64,000 bases of DNA from Octopus vulgaris (taxonomy: Eukaryota): assembly GCA_951406725.2 (NCBI GenBank), contig OX597817.1, forward strand, positions 6,758,001 to 6,822,000, read 5' to 3'. The notes below the pieces were generated by a model. That model did not search any database. It worked only from the letters and a program-made list of their open reading frames with translations, and was not told where the DNA came from. This document shows positions 1-13,105 of this stretch, piece by piece. Position 1 is the first letter of the stretch; each line of letters opens with the position of its first letter. The position numbers and the translations under genes are program-made.

Positions 1-960
1 GACTGGTCCCCATTTTCGACGACTATCAGATGTTTGCCTCTATCAGTCGGCCGAGAATTGGAGGAGGAATGGCAGTGTTCTTCACGAAAGAACCGCATCT
101 CGAGGTAAGGTTGATCTTCCGGAGCCCGGACGGTAAAGTGGTGGTCCTGAACATGAGCAATAGCGAAGGTGGTGTCTTCAGACACGTGGCTGTCTACATC
201 TCTACCAGGGCGAAACGGCCGGATTTCTTTAGGCGTCTTGAAGCATTTCTGGTTGCGACTCACCTTTATTGTTTATGGGGGACTGAGGCGAAATAATAGA
301 CGAACGCTGGAATTGTCTGGGAGTAGCTGATAGAAGCGGGGCCTGTAAAAGCCTCGAGCACCCGATCAGCCATTTTCAAGTGTCTGACAGGTAGGATGTC
401 CACTTTTTAAAAAGGTCACATATTCAGATTACAAATTTGTAATCTGTACTTTTGACCTAGATAAGACGCATATGTTAGGACCTCGTTACTGGAAGCTAAA
501 CATGTCGATTCCGGCACGTAAGGCTGACAGAGATCAGGTCAACAATACAGTCGAGAAAAAATTGACAGTGGTGATCGTCAAGAAGTGGTGATGGTAGAAA
601 AATAGGCAGTAGGAGGAACTAGTGGCTGAATTAGACCAGACTATTTGTAAATGCATTGCAACCGACGTTATAGCAGTGAAAATGGCAGTAGCCCAGTTCT
701 CCAATGCGCAACATGCTTTGAAAAATGAGGAGACCAATGCTGTTCCATGGGACCGCGTGACGAACGCGCAGCTTGGCATCAAAACCACAATTTGGCCTTT
801 GACGTATTGAGCCGGACACGAGCTGAGCGATTCCAGGCAGATGTGCTAGGCGTTTCACCAGCACTTTGCTCAGTTGTTCGGGAGAAGTGGCGAGTCAGAT
901 TCCAAGTAGATTTCATTCCCCACCTCGACGGCTTGCCGTGCCTCTTCACGGCCGATGCTG
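1..960 (+). mobile_element. Degraded L1/Tx1-type LINE ORF2 fragment (apurinic-type endonuclease region and downstream sequence)
   Basis: ORF 30..296 (GGGMAVFF...DGKVVVLNM...FRHVAVYIS...DFFRRLEAFL...LWG) follows the APE pattern GV.I / GR.L...V.VYAP / FF..L / GDFN. Stops and frameshifts follow downstream. Confidence 0.65.
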
Positions 961-999
961 AGGCAAAAGTGGCCGATAAAATAAGTATTAGACTTACAA

Positions 1000-1080
1000 A
1001 GAATAAGTACTAGAGTCGATTTGCTCGACTAAAGGCGGTGCTCCAGCATGTCCGCAGTCAAATGACTGAAACAAGTAAAA
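1000..1080 (+). mobile_element. 3' tail fragment of SINE family C
   Basis: gtcgatttgctcgactaaaggcggtgctccagcatg...gcagtcaaatgactgaaacaagtaaaa matches the tail of the copies at 29650 and 51869. Confidence 0.75.
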
Positions 1081-2869
1081 ATGATCATTATTATTATTAC
1101 CACCGATGTTGTTTTTGTTGTTCTTGTTGTGGGTTGTTGATGGTGGTGGACTGGGGGCCCGCAGTGGTGGTGGTAGTGGTGGTGTTGGCAGTGATAGTCG
1201 CATGGTTGTAGCGCTGTTGTTATTAATGTCATAGTCTTCCTTGTTATGATTAGTTGTTTTTATTGTTGTTCTTCATGTGTGTTTTCAATACCCACCCACA
1301 CTTAATTACACACACGCCAAGATCACTTGAGGAAAGCATTGTTATTGTAGGACCTATACTAAATTTTGTTATGCTTCCTATTTCGTCTACATTCAACCGT
1401 CAACTACGTAAGCATTCTTATATTACTGTTGTCGTAGTTTGATATTACTATTTGCTTCATATCCGTTTTCATCTGTTTAGGCTTGCTTTTGTTTCTGTTA
1501 TTGTTTTCTACGCTATGAGAGTCCTTTCATCTATCAAAATAATGCAGCATGAATCATAGATATACTCAATGGGCCAGATGTAAGAATCTCTTTTGATTTC
1601 CTTGGATGCTCTTGTTTATTTTACAGCGACTGTCACTCATTTATTAATTGTATACGGTAAAGTACTTATCATCTTAATAGATAGACTGACAAACGGAAGG
1701 GCTCTAAGCAATTTAATGGCCTCTTTATCATCACCATCAGCAACAGTATCATCCTCGTCCTCCTTATATCACCATGCTACCATCCTCACCAACATCATCC
1801 TCATCTTAATCATCGTCATCGTCATCATTACCGACATAATCTTTGTCAACGCCATTGCAGTAATCACTATTATAACCGTGATCTTCATCACCATTGTCCG
1901 CATTACTAATTTCGTTGTCATTCTAATCGTTATAATCATTATTGATTTCTTAGTCAGAAGGCAATGAAGTTTAACAGAAGAGGAGTGGACTAGGATTGTG
2001 TGATGTTCATGCAGTATAGCTCAAGGACACTGGCAGATAAAGTGTATAATCAATATTCCTATTGCTGTGTGTTGTTTGGGTAAGAGAAATGGAAGTGTGT
2101 GTAACAAAATGCAATCATACTAGATTCTCATTTTATATTCATTTGAGGTAAAATATGAAATTCTTTCTTTTTCAGCCAGTCAAATAACGACCGGCGTTAT
2201 CTGAGGCTAACAAACCGACTCTTAGCCATCTCCATTAAAATATGCGGTATTAGAATAAAGTATAAAATTCAGATTAAATATCTGGAATGTTGTTTTGTAT
2301 GCCTCGGACTATGCTGTGGAGGCGAGTGTCTTTTTGAAAACAGTAGCATGGCATTTAATAGTTATTCCGTTGCTATTTTTGCAAGGAAAGCACAATGTGA
2401 ACACTAACGTACAAATTATTTAATATAGCCAACATCGTTCTTCTTGGTTTATATTGTATCGAGGTTGGATTTGAAATACAAATTGTCCTCATTGATCAAA
2501 ATGTGCCAGTCATATGATATGCGCGATTAAATTGTGTTCCACTATATATACACTATTATTATTAGTGCTGTATCATTTTACGCAAAGGAATTAATATTTT
2601 AGTCGTATGAAGTGAGGTGGTTAACTACTAAAGTTTAGTGTGTTTAGATATCTGTATACATACCCACTCATGCACATGTACCTACGCAAGCTCATATACA
2701 CGCACGCGTGCAAACACATACACACATATACAAATATTAGTAGCAATCTTAACTTTCAGACTCTTTCTTGGTATTTATTTAACGCGATTATGCACCGACC
2801 CCTCATTCAAGCTGCAAATCTCACGCACTTGTCAATGTTAATGCGCACTAGTCCTCATGTTTCGCATTT

Positions 2870-3450
2870 AAAACCCAGTACACTGTGTACTCTTCCAATT
2901 TTCAATTACAACACCATCCTGCTTCTCCATCTGAGGACCCATCCATCGCTTCCAATCTGACCTTTTCACTCATTTCTACACGAACCGTTCTTGATTTAAG
3001 AACCTGCAAACTATGGAGGCTACATATCTGCTGCACTTTCTTCTTCACAACCCGTCTATTTCTCGGGTCCATTCCTTAATGCTGTCCCCGCTACCATATT
3101 CAGCTTTATTCCTTAACATCTAAATCATCACCGAGCTCAAACACTATACCATCTACGATGGGAATTCATTTTGATGCATCTCCAACAGTTTCATAGATGT
3201 GCGCGAATGTCTGTTTTCAATATCTCTACATCGTACATTTTCCGCCGCAAACTGAACTACATGTTCGCAGAACGCTTCAGACACATCTGTTCACCTAACT
3301 TTTCTAATTTTGTTTTGGCTTCCAGTCTCGAGTCCCCCAACATTTGATCCGAGAGGGAAAAGGAGCACATAATCTTTCTCAAAACTTAAACCTTCTTTCT
3401 AAATTCACCATCATTGTTTTTCTTAATCCCTTTCTCTCCTACGAAGACAA
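2870..3450 (+). mobile_element. Highly decayed Penelope-like GIY-YIG endonuclease relic
   Basis: Broken frames at 3170-3290 read F*CISNS..D V.EC / LYI...RRKLNYMFAERFRHI. This resembles the FTC.S.NVIY.I.C..C...YIGET.R.L..RF.EH motif. Confidence 0.4.
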
Positions 3451-3940
3451 TTTTCGCCGAGTCCGTCATTTTCTTCCTTCTCCACACCAAGTGTATAAAT
3501 TCTGGCTGTTAACATTTCTGGATATAAAGATATTTCCACCATTTCTTGAAGTATACCTTTAGCTTGGAGATTCCTACGATATTCTGAAACGAGTTATACT
3601 TTCATAGCTACAAAACCTTTCATTTGTTTTCTTTCTTTTTTTTTTTTGTTCAATGTCCCTTCGAAATCTCATCCTCATCTGAGTCTCCAATGAGATTTTT
3701 TACTAATTATTTCTCATTCTCGCGTCCTTTATACTCCCTTTTTCTTACTGTTTGATAAAGGACTAAATCCGATACGTTTTTATGATTTCGCTCCTTCAAA
3801 TTGTTAATTTCATATATTTGTCATTCTTTGTTCTTCCTGTGCTGCTTTTGTCTATCTTTAATAATTTTACAATATCTATATATGTATGCGTGTAAGTGTG
3901 TGCCCCTGCTTGCGTATGTGTATGTACGTGCCAATAAGCA

Positions 3941-4145
3941 TGCATACATACATACATAATACATACATACATACATACATACATACATACATACATACAT
4001 GCATACGTACATACATACATACATACATAATACATACATACATACATACATACATACATACATACATACATACATACATACACACATACATATATACAAC
4101 ATACATACATACATACATACATACATACATACATACATACATACG
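3941..4145. repeat. (TACA)n tetranucleotide microsatellite
   Basis: Directly visible. It explains the MYVC/HTYI pseudo-ORFs. Confidence 0.97.
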
Positions 4146-4552
4146 AGTACAGCATAATTTTTAAGGAACTTGTCGTTCCAAATCCATTCAGGGCTACTGA
4201 GTTTCCTCAAAAAGAAGTGGTCAGTTTTCTCAAAAGAGTAAATTAAACACATGGAATTTATTTTTAATGGCAGAAATACAGATACCAGTCTGTTAGTATG
4301 AATGACATAATTTTATTAATACTGTAATATGCTATACACTAGCCTGCCGGATGTAATACTAAACTACTCGTATAGCCGCGGGTTATGAGGGAAAGATCCA
4401 GCTGTCCACAGTCGGCAGACTAAGGTAATATGATATTTGTTTACTGATCTTTCAAGAACAATGCGGAGAACTCTTGCAATTCCGAATAATGGTGATTTTT
4501 GAACGTGTTTTATCTTTATATTCGTTCCAATCATTTTAAGTCATGCTGCCGT

Positions 4553-4934
4553 GGAGGCGCAATGGCCAATGGTTAGGGCAGCGGACCCGCGGTCATAGGA
4601 TCGCGGTTTCGATTCCCAGACCGGGCGTTGTGAGTGTTTATTGAGCGAAAACACCTAAAGCTCCACGCGGCTCCGGCAGGGGATGGTGGTGATCCCTGCT
4701 GTACTCTTTCACCACAACTTTCTCTCACTCTTACTTCCTGTTTCTGTTGTACCTGTATTTCAAAGGGCCGGCCTTGTCACTCTCTGTGTCACGCTGAATA
4801 TCCCCGAGAACTACGTTAAAGGTGCACGTGTCTGTGGAGTGCTCAGCCACTTACACGTTAATTTCACGAGCAGGTTGTTCCGTTGATTCGGATCAACCTG
4901 AACCCTCGTCGTCGTAACCGACGGAGTGCTTCCA
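4553..4934 (+). mobile_element. tRNA-derived SINE (family A: head A plus tail X)
   Basis: A-box-like tggccaatgg and B-box-like gtttcgattcc. The same head occurs at 9952 (minus strand). It is flanked by a near-identical duplication agtcatgYtgc (4539-4549 / 4937-4947). Confidence 0.8.
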
Positions 4935-4949
4935 AGAGTCATGTTGCTA

Positions 4950-6290
4950 CTTGGGTGCTCACACTTTCACATGCACGAATCCCTATTGCTATGACGTCCC
5001 CTTTCTTCAATGCACACAACCTGCGTGTTTCCCAATTCAATTTGTCACAGTTGTTCTCATGTTATTATTGTTTCCCTTCAAACCTCTTGTCACCATGACA
5101 TGCTGTGTGAATTATCAGGCGTGATTTTTCTTTTCTGTTCACTACAACAATGTCAGTTTTACGACGATTAAATTGATGGTCACACTGAATCATTGCATCT
5201 CACAAGATTTTGCTATCCTCATTCTCAGTAACTCTCTCCGGGATTTGGTCAATCTGCGTCTTTGAAATTCCCAATGAATCATTCATGCCACAATGACATG
5301 TCATCGTTTGTATTTAAGATGTGCCACACTATTTCAATCCGCTCATCACACATTCTCCGTTTGTCAAACTCAGTTACTTTATCAATTCTGCACTTCACAT
5401 AGTTTGTCCTTAAAGCTTGTTCTTGTGCCGCGCATTGTACTGCATCTGTTTGTATCTTCAAGACACTCCTCTGCATCCATAAACACAGGCCTTCTGCATT
5501 TGTTCTTATCTTCGTACTTTTTTCGTTCTATGTTATTTTATTTTCTTCCATACCATTAGAATTTTCGTGTTTTTTTTTTTGTTTTTTTCCTTTATAAATT
5601 TCGCTGTCTCAAGACAATTATCAGTTTTGATTTTGCCGGACTTCTTCACAAGCATCAGCAATGGTAACTCGGCATTATTGTTACAAACCACGCTAATCTG
5701 ATTTCCTCTGATTCAACACAAACCTGTTAACTGGTGAAACTTCTCAAATCCTTTCTTCTAGTCAAGTACCGCCGATCACTGTCACTCTTTGGATGGAATG
5801 CTCCATGCAATAGCAATGATTCCCTTGCCTTCGTATCTATCCTCATTAGTACATTCTTTCTCAGTTTATGGTTCCAGCTCCACGCCTAAATTATACTTTC
5901 GCTTATATATCTACTGCTTGGAATTTATTCCATCTGGTCAATTTTGAGCGCAACGCCAATCGGAAGTACTCTTTCTTCAGATATTCTTTAATTTTCTTCA
6001 CCATGATATATCTAAACTCTTGTATCCCAAGCTACTTATAGTCTTCGTTTCCAATTTATTTCATTATTTTTTCCTATATTAGTAATTCTGTTCCTACCCG
6101 GGACACCATTTTTCTTCTTTTTAGACTCATTACACCGCACTTCTTGTGTCTGAATTCCATCTTAAGGTCAGTTCTAAAACAGTGTACGTTGTTCACCAAG
6201 GAACTCACTTGCATGTCATCGTTGTCCTAGAGTTTCAAATTCCTCATAAATAGAATATGCTTGTCTTTTACTTGAACTTATATGCAAGGT
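4950..6290 (-). mobile_element. Degraded R4/Dong-type non-LTR retrotransposon fragment (RT end, CCHC, RLE region)
   Basis: The minus strand reads HILFMRNLKL (decayed FMDDLKL), MEFRHKKCGV and AAQEQALRTNYVKCRIDK...RMCDE..E.VWHI. Confidence 0.75.
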
Positions 6291-6444
6291 TTACTCATCT
6301 CAGCACCAAGGACAGAGGAAACATGGAGCGTTAAAAAAAAACACGGAAATAATCAAACTAGAAAACCTCTCATTATTATTATCATTGTTATTATTATTAT
6401 TATTATTTGTTGTTATTATTTTTATTATTATTATTATTATTATT

Positions 6445-6873
6445 CAGTAGTTTTATTTTTATTTTTATAGCGTGCTTTCACTTCACTACCGAGCGCAGCT
6501 CTGTGTGCCTTGGGTATGTGCTGTGATTTGTTGTGATGCTCTGATGGTTATTGTATGGAAAGTGTTCTGCGTAGGATGTGTGCAGTGCCTAGTAGTGCAA
6601 TTTTCTGTATGTTATATGTGTTTGTAAGTCCTGGTGTTTTTGTTATGTATTTGTCTGAATATTTTTTTATCATGCCTAATGCACCTACTATGATAGGAAT
6701 TGTTTCTGTTTTCAGATTCCACATTCTAGTTACCTCTATTTCCAGGTCTTTGTATTTTGAGAGTTTATCCATTTCTTTTAGAGACACGTTGTCATCTGCC
6801 GGTACTGATACATCAATTAGAAAGCATTTTTTTTTTCTTCATGGTCTCTGACAACTATATCTGGTCTGTTGGC
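6445..6873 (-). mobile_element. 3' end of an R4/Dong-type LINE (restriction-like endonuclease C-terminus plus 3' UTR) embedded in (TAA)n
   Basis: RPDIVV...KLSKYKDLEIEVTRMWNLKTETIPIIVGALGMI...QKIALLGTAHILRRTLSIQ*. TAA/TTA repeats lie on both sides. Confidence 0.85.
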
Positions 6874-6874
6874 C

Positions 6875-6939
<65 letters not shown>

Positions 6940-6952
6940 GTTCTTGTTGTTA

Positions 6953-7001
<49 letters not shown>

Positions 7002-7042
7002 CGTTGTTGTTATTATTATTATTATTATTGTTGTTGTTATTA

Positions 7043-7074
<32 letters not shown>

Positions 7075-7127
7075 GTTGTTGTTGTTATTGTTGTTATTAT
7101 TATTATTATCATTATTATTATTATTAT

Positions 7128-7179
<52 letters not shown>

Positions 7180-7197
7180 ATTATTATTATTATTATT
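6874..7197. repeat. (TTA)n/(TTG)n microsatellite
   Basis: Directly visible. Confidence 0.97.
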
Positions 7198-7664
7198 CGC
7201 TGCTGGATACGTAAGACGTTCTTCCGAACACGCTTCGTAAGTTATGCTTTAAACTATGTTTTTCACCTTGTCTGTACAAATATGTGCTAACAATTTTCTT
7301 ATAAACTGATAAGTGCACTAAGAACCTGTTGATAGACTTTCGGTACAGTATTTGTTTATTCATTTAAATTAATTATCCATTGCCTTAAAAAACAAAAACG
7401 CAATGACACAAGATGGCGTCGTCATCATCACGATTATCAGCGACATCAACAAACATGGAAGAGCTGAGGGAGAAAGCCATCTTTCCCAGCAGCCCTCCTA
7501 CAGAAGAATACTTTCCCCACCGCATATGACTCACTCTCAACGACAACAACAAAAATAACAACAGCAACAGTAGTAATAGCCTAAGCAGTGTGAAAGCTTG
7601 CGAAACTTATGAAATTAGTTGCAACAAAAACAGCAGCAGTGACAAGAGTGTCGATGGTAGAGAT

Positions 7665-8271
7665 GGCGGTGAGCTGGCAGAGACGTTAGCACGCCGGGCG
7701 AAATGCTTAGAGCAGTGTTTCGTCTGCCGCTACGTTCTGAGTTCAAATTCCGCCGAGGTCGACTTTGCCTTTCATCCTTTCGGGGTCGATTAAATAATTA
7801 CCAGTTACGCACTGGCGTCGATATAATCGACTTAATCCGTTTATCTGTCCTTGTTTGTCCCCTCTGTGTTTAGCCCCTTGTGGGTAGTAAAGAAATAAGT
7901 ATTTCGTCTGCCGCTACGTTCTGAGTTCAAATTCCGCCGAGGTCGACTTTGCCTTTCATCCTTTCGGGGTCGATTAACTAAGTACCAGTTACGCACTGGC
8001 GTCGATATAATCGACTTAATCCGTTTATCTGTCCTTGTTTGTCCCCTCTGTGTTTAGCCCCTTGTGGGTAGTAAAGAAATAGGTATTTCGTCTGCCGCTA
8101 CGTTCTGAGTTAAAATTCCGCCGAGGTCAACTTTGCCTTTCATCCTTTCGAGGTCGATTAAATTAAGTACCAGTTACGCACTGGCGTCGATATAATCGAC
8201 TTAATCTGTTTGTCTGTCCTTGTTTGTCCCCTTTGTGTTTAGACCCTTGTGGGTAGTAAAGAAATAGGTAT
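7665..8271 (+). mobile_element. tRNA-derived SINE family B: one head followed by three tandem 184-bp body units
   Basis: Head ggcggtgagctggcag...gttcaaattcc. The unit cgtctgccgctacgttctgag recurs at 7721, 7905 and 8089. Confidence 0.9.
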
Positions 8272-8469
8272 AGATGGCGGAAGCAGTAGCGGTGGTGGTG
8301 GTGGAGACAACAAAAGCTGCAAAACTACGAAAGGTAATGGCAATAACAAAAACGACGCAATATCAGCAGTAACAATAAAGCCAACATCAATATTAATATT
8401 ACCAACAACAAGAACAAGAACACATTCGCTGAAGCAGCAAGTAAAACGAGACCCCTTAATAGCATAGAC

Positions 8470-9010
8470 CTCGCAAAGAAAGAGGGGAAATTTGCGCAGG
8501 CATGGATGATCATCAAACATGAACAGTCTTGGGCCAACCTAACCATACCAAAAGAGGCAACTGAAGCAATTGAGAAAAAAATGAGTTCATTTCAAATGCT
8601 TCCCAGCAGGGACGAAGTTCCCGGCAATAATAGCACAGACAGATATTAAAGCTGCGCTCAGATATATCAGGGATGATACCGATTACAAAGCGAAAGGCCT
8701 ACTACACGGCACCATTCCGGTGCTTTTAAAGTCAGAAGCCCTCGCTATAAAGCATTCAATGACCCCTTGCAAAATCAGCAAGGTCATTAAGTACCCATCT
8801 CATATGGGAAAAAGAACAGCTTTTGCCCGCATTCCCAGGATTTCACTGGGACTTGACACGTGGTGGCTTGTGGGATGCGTAATCGAGCGAGAGTCAGATA
8901 CGGTCACGATAAAGGTGACAAAATCTGCAGGGGAGGACTGGTCCGGGGTGGATCTGGAGATACTTCTATTGCACATAATGACTGAGGGCAGAAGACAAAA
9001 GCACCTTCAC
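8470..9010 (+). mobile_element. Decayed L1/Tx1-type ORF1 relic
   Basis: YKAKGLLHGTIPVLL...IKYPSHMGKR aligns by eye with YISRGVKHATVRFLF...LFLPT*CGKK of the element at 22755-25019. Confidence 0.5.
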
Positions 9011-9647
9011 TAATCACTATTTTCTCAGGTATTATATAACTTTGTTGTTACTAAGGTTTCTTGATATCTAGATCATAGAAATATATTTCAAGACCAAACA
9101 AGTATAAGAATTCCTTCAGAGAAGTGCTCTAATGTAATTGCCTCAGCGCGATGATTTAAGTAATTTGTTTTGGCCTCTCAGCTAAACGGTTCCCAACATG
9201 TGTATTTTGCTTTCTTTACCATCAGCAGCCAATTAATGTCCAACTGAATTAGACGTTTTTTTTTTCTCTATGAAATGTGTGTTATTCGGTGTTTCCTCAG
9301 TTTTGTAGCAATAAAAGCACATTTTAATATTTCAATTTTAGTTGATTTGGGAGTAATATAATACAAGTTTAAATTTATTATCTGGCCACAGAATTTTTAC
9401 TGAGTTCATTACGGTGTCGGAAATTATAACTGGCTTTCATTTTCGTCTTAACTCACCTGTTTTGTTTCAAATATCATTCTGCATGTGTTTCAGTTGCCTT
9501 CATTGTATCAGTTGTTCTTCACTGAGAGACCTCATATTATTAGAGACATTGGCTTGTATTCTCGTGACTAACGTATAAAGCTTATGGAAAGTAGACAGAA
9601 CAGCGATTAATCAATTAATCGATATATTAAATGATAATACGATAAAC

Positions 9648-9952
9648 GTCGCCCTTTTCAAGCCTAGCCAGGCTCATGGGCCCTGTTTCTCGGTTTCTGT
9701 GGCATATGTGTTACCCCCAGCTGGACGGGACGGCAGTCCATCGCAGTGTTACCCAAGAAATAGTAAGAGAGAGTAGAGAGAAAGTTGTGGCGAAAGAGTA
9801 CAACAGGGGTCGACACCACCCATCTGCCGGAGCCTCATGGAGCTTTTTATGTGTTTTCGCTCAATAGAACACACATCACCCCGTCTAGGAATCGAAACTG
9901 CGATCCTCCGACCGCGAGTCTGCTGCCCTAACTACTGGGCCATTGTGCCTCC
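9648..9952 (-). mobile_element. tRNA-derived SINE (head A plus tail Y)
   Basis: The head and core match 4553-4740. The 3' part (ctgcgatggactg.cgtcccgtccagctgggg...ggctaggctt) matches 46575-46675. Confidence 0.8.
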
Positions 9953-12884
9953 ACATATTAAATGATATTAAAACAATATGTCTAACCATGTACAGAGTTA
10001 GAAAGAATTATTTATTTGTCAAATGGGATAGAAAACAGATTGCAAACTCGTTACAGTATCGGAGAATATGCCATATGTTTTTGCTTCCGATATTTTACGC
10101 TCTGGTATCAATTAAGGTCATTAACTAAACTTTAGAATTTATCACTGTAAGAAAATCGATTAGTTAGTGTGGCGGTTTCGTGGAGTCGTTACGGGGTGGG
10201 GGGAATTATCTGTGATGAATGTTCCAACTCTTTATGTTTTAAGTTCAAATTCCGTCGTGGTTAACTTTGCTTTTCCTCGTTTAGGAATCGTCAATACAAA
10301 ATGCACATCATGTACGAAGTTGATGCAATCAAGATCTCAGAGCAGATGGTTTTCTGCATGAATTAGAAACGATAATTTGTCCTAGATAAAGGACAAGATT
10401 TAATATTAAGCTATATGACCTCATTTATCTTTACTTTGGTTGCAGTACACTAATATACTGTTACCTATAACATATTCTCCAATCAAGTGCACAGGGGGAT
10501 TAAACTGACAGCACAAAATCACAATATATGTGGCCTTGTGACTATTGGTGGCCTTGTCTTCCCCAACATCATTATCACTACATATAACTTTGAATATTTT
10601 TAGCTTTTATGATTTGTATTTCAACTGGTGTTGTTTTATTGCTTCAGTATATAATGCATTCTTAGTGTTTATTTTGTATTAGCCGGATTAGCAGTAAGTG
10701 CTTTAGGCATTTCCATGAAAGTTGATGTGATGCTGGTTAAAATGTTTGGGATTATATTATGGGTAAACATATGTACATTTACTTCAACGGTATTCATCAG
10801 AATCTTTGAAGTAAGAGCAAATGTTGATATTGGTATTGTTATTAATGTTATCATCCTTTTCCTCTCCATTGTTACCTCCATCATCATCATCGTCATCATC
10901 ATGTACAAGAACAACAACAACAACAACACTGTCATCGTGCGTATTTTCCCCTTTATTTGCATGAAGGTCAAACATTTCATAACAACCTTTATATGTGTAT
11001 TTTCTTCTTCCTCCTAAAGGATTCACTTTCCGTTCTGTGGTGAGTAAATTTACGAGCATGCAAACCTACTACAAAACCGCAAGCAAATTCAAGTTACTCA
11101 CTTAACATACGCGCACTTTTTATTCTCTTTCTTCTCACGCGTTTTCTATATTTTCATTTTTATTTATCAAATCTGCCGATTTACTTATTGCAGTATGTGC
11201 ATGCGTGTATGCGTTTGTGTGTGGAAGTGCATTTGTGTGTGTGCGATTGTATGCTTGAGCGTGTGTGTATGTGTGTGTATACATTTTAATTTCATTTTAT
11301 GCAATTTTTTCGTATTTTACCATATATTTCATCATCGTTATGTCCTAAGAGAAACGAGAAAAAAAAAGGCAAAGTAAAAAATACTATTCCCGGAAAAGAA
11401 TACAGAAAAACAGAGAACCATTACTTTGAATAATTACCCTAAAAAACATATTGTACATAGGACTTTCTCTATGCACATTTTCTTTGACATTCTTGTAGTA
11501 AACAACAGTATGGCCACGAATGTCAGAAGGGAAATAAATAACAAAATGCATATTAAAATGATATATATTGGAAAATAGCCAATAGAAACGTCTACGTATA
11601 TATTTGGCTAACAACTACAGAAGTAAATCATTGATGCCGAAGTAACAAGCTTTGAACGCTATGAAAGCGTTATCGCATCCTATAAAAGTACTACAAATGT
11701 GGGGTGGGAAAAGACATTTACATGGCTTTCACCTAGAATTTCAGTTACATCATCCGTCTTAGGAACGATAAATGAGAGTTATTTTTAGAGAGGAAAATAT
11801 TGACTGCAATAGAAGTAGTAAATTTTTGAATCACGTGAAAGAGCTTCATAAAGCTAAATTGATGTTTCCATAACACTTAGAAAGAACTCCGCTTCCTAGT
11901 TTTTCCTTATGCATTTTATTTATCACAAAAATACTTAGAGTCCCGATGACCGAGTCAAAAGCTGTACAACACCGAGGCGAAGTGTTTTTTCGCATCATGT
12001 TTAAACTCTTCTGACCTTAATGGAAACTTATGCATTTGAAATAAAAATATTTTTTTGCTAGAAGCAATGTCTAATGAAAATTTATCTACCATACAGAAAA
12101 ACCTTTCATTGAATCAATGCTCAGCTAAGTTATGAACTCTTCTATAAATCCTTATTATTCTTTAAAAAGTATTAGCTAAAGTTTGTGAGCAACAAAATAC
12201 TTTCATAGTTGGAAAATCTTAACAATATTTGGAAGAAGTCAACTGATTTTTAGCACTAAAATATACAAAAACATTTGTCGATTTTATAATTTTCTACGAC
12301 TGAATTCGAGGTTTTGCAGCAATATGTGGTGTGTCTATTCACATGAGCGCTTGGACTTGGAAGATAAACTTTCTTAATCTAGATAGACCGCAGCAGTGCA
12401 TTTCAGGCCGCATTAAGGTATATAAAACATAATTAGGGTGGGTGAGATAGAGATAAGCGTCAATATAGAGTTCAAGAAATTATATCATTAACGACCGAAT
12501 ATTGTGAGGTAAATTAAATTAATTGTAAAATATTTTTAGCATTAACATGACTTGAATAGTTTATGCAGAAGAAAGATGGGCATTTTCAATAGGAGAATAG
12601 AAATATATATATCTTGGAATCGAAACTCTAACCCGAATTCACAAGTAAAGTGCTTGATATCCTACTCCTTAGAATATTCAAATATTTTTCACACTTACAC
12701 AGTGCTTATTGACCAACGCTTAATCTATAATTAAGTGAATAATATTTATATATGTGCCTTGAATATATGGACAATACGTTAGAGGCAGTTTCTGGAACAG
12801 GTAACTGAGTTTTTAAGGAATTAAAATATCCTACTCAACGACACAATGAAATGCTAACTTTAGTTTGAAATGGATATTCTTTTT

Positions 12885-13105
12885 TAATTTTGGTACAAAG
12901 CCAGCAATTTTGAGTGGGGCGGAGATATAGGTAACATCGATCCCAGTGCGGAGCTGGTATTTAATTTATTGACACCAAAAGGAAGAAAGGCAAAATTCAA
13001 CGTTGGCGAAATTTGAACTAAGTAAAGATGGGCAAAATGAAACTGAGTTTTTGTTTTCTTTTTCTTTTTCCGGCGTGCTAAACATCTCTGCCATCTAGCC
13101 GCCTT
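12885..13105 (-). mobile_element. Diverged SINE family B copy
   Basis: ctggta.ttaatttattgac...aaggaagaaaggcaaa...ggcgaaatttgaact, ending in ctgccatctagccgcc. Confidence 0.7.

Noticed and set aside
4553-4625. Functional tRNA gene (also 29650, 46430, 51869, 63595)
   Set aside because: A/B boxes are present but the cloverleaf is imperfect. The sequence continues into SINE bodies or a fold-back.
7718-8271. 184-bp repeats as a CRISPR-like or satellite array
   Set aside because: The units are SINE bodies found dispersed elsewhere in the window, with no unique spacers.
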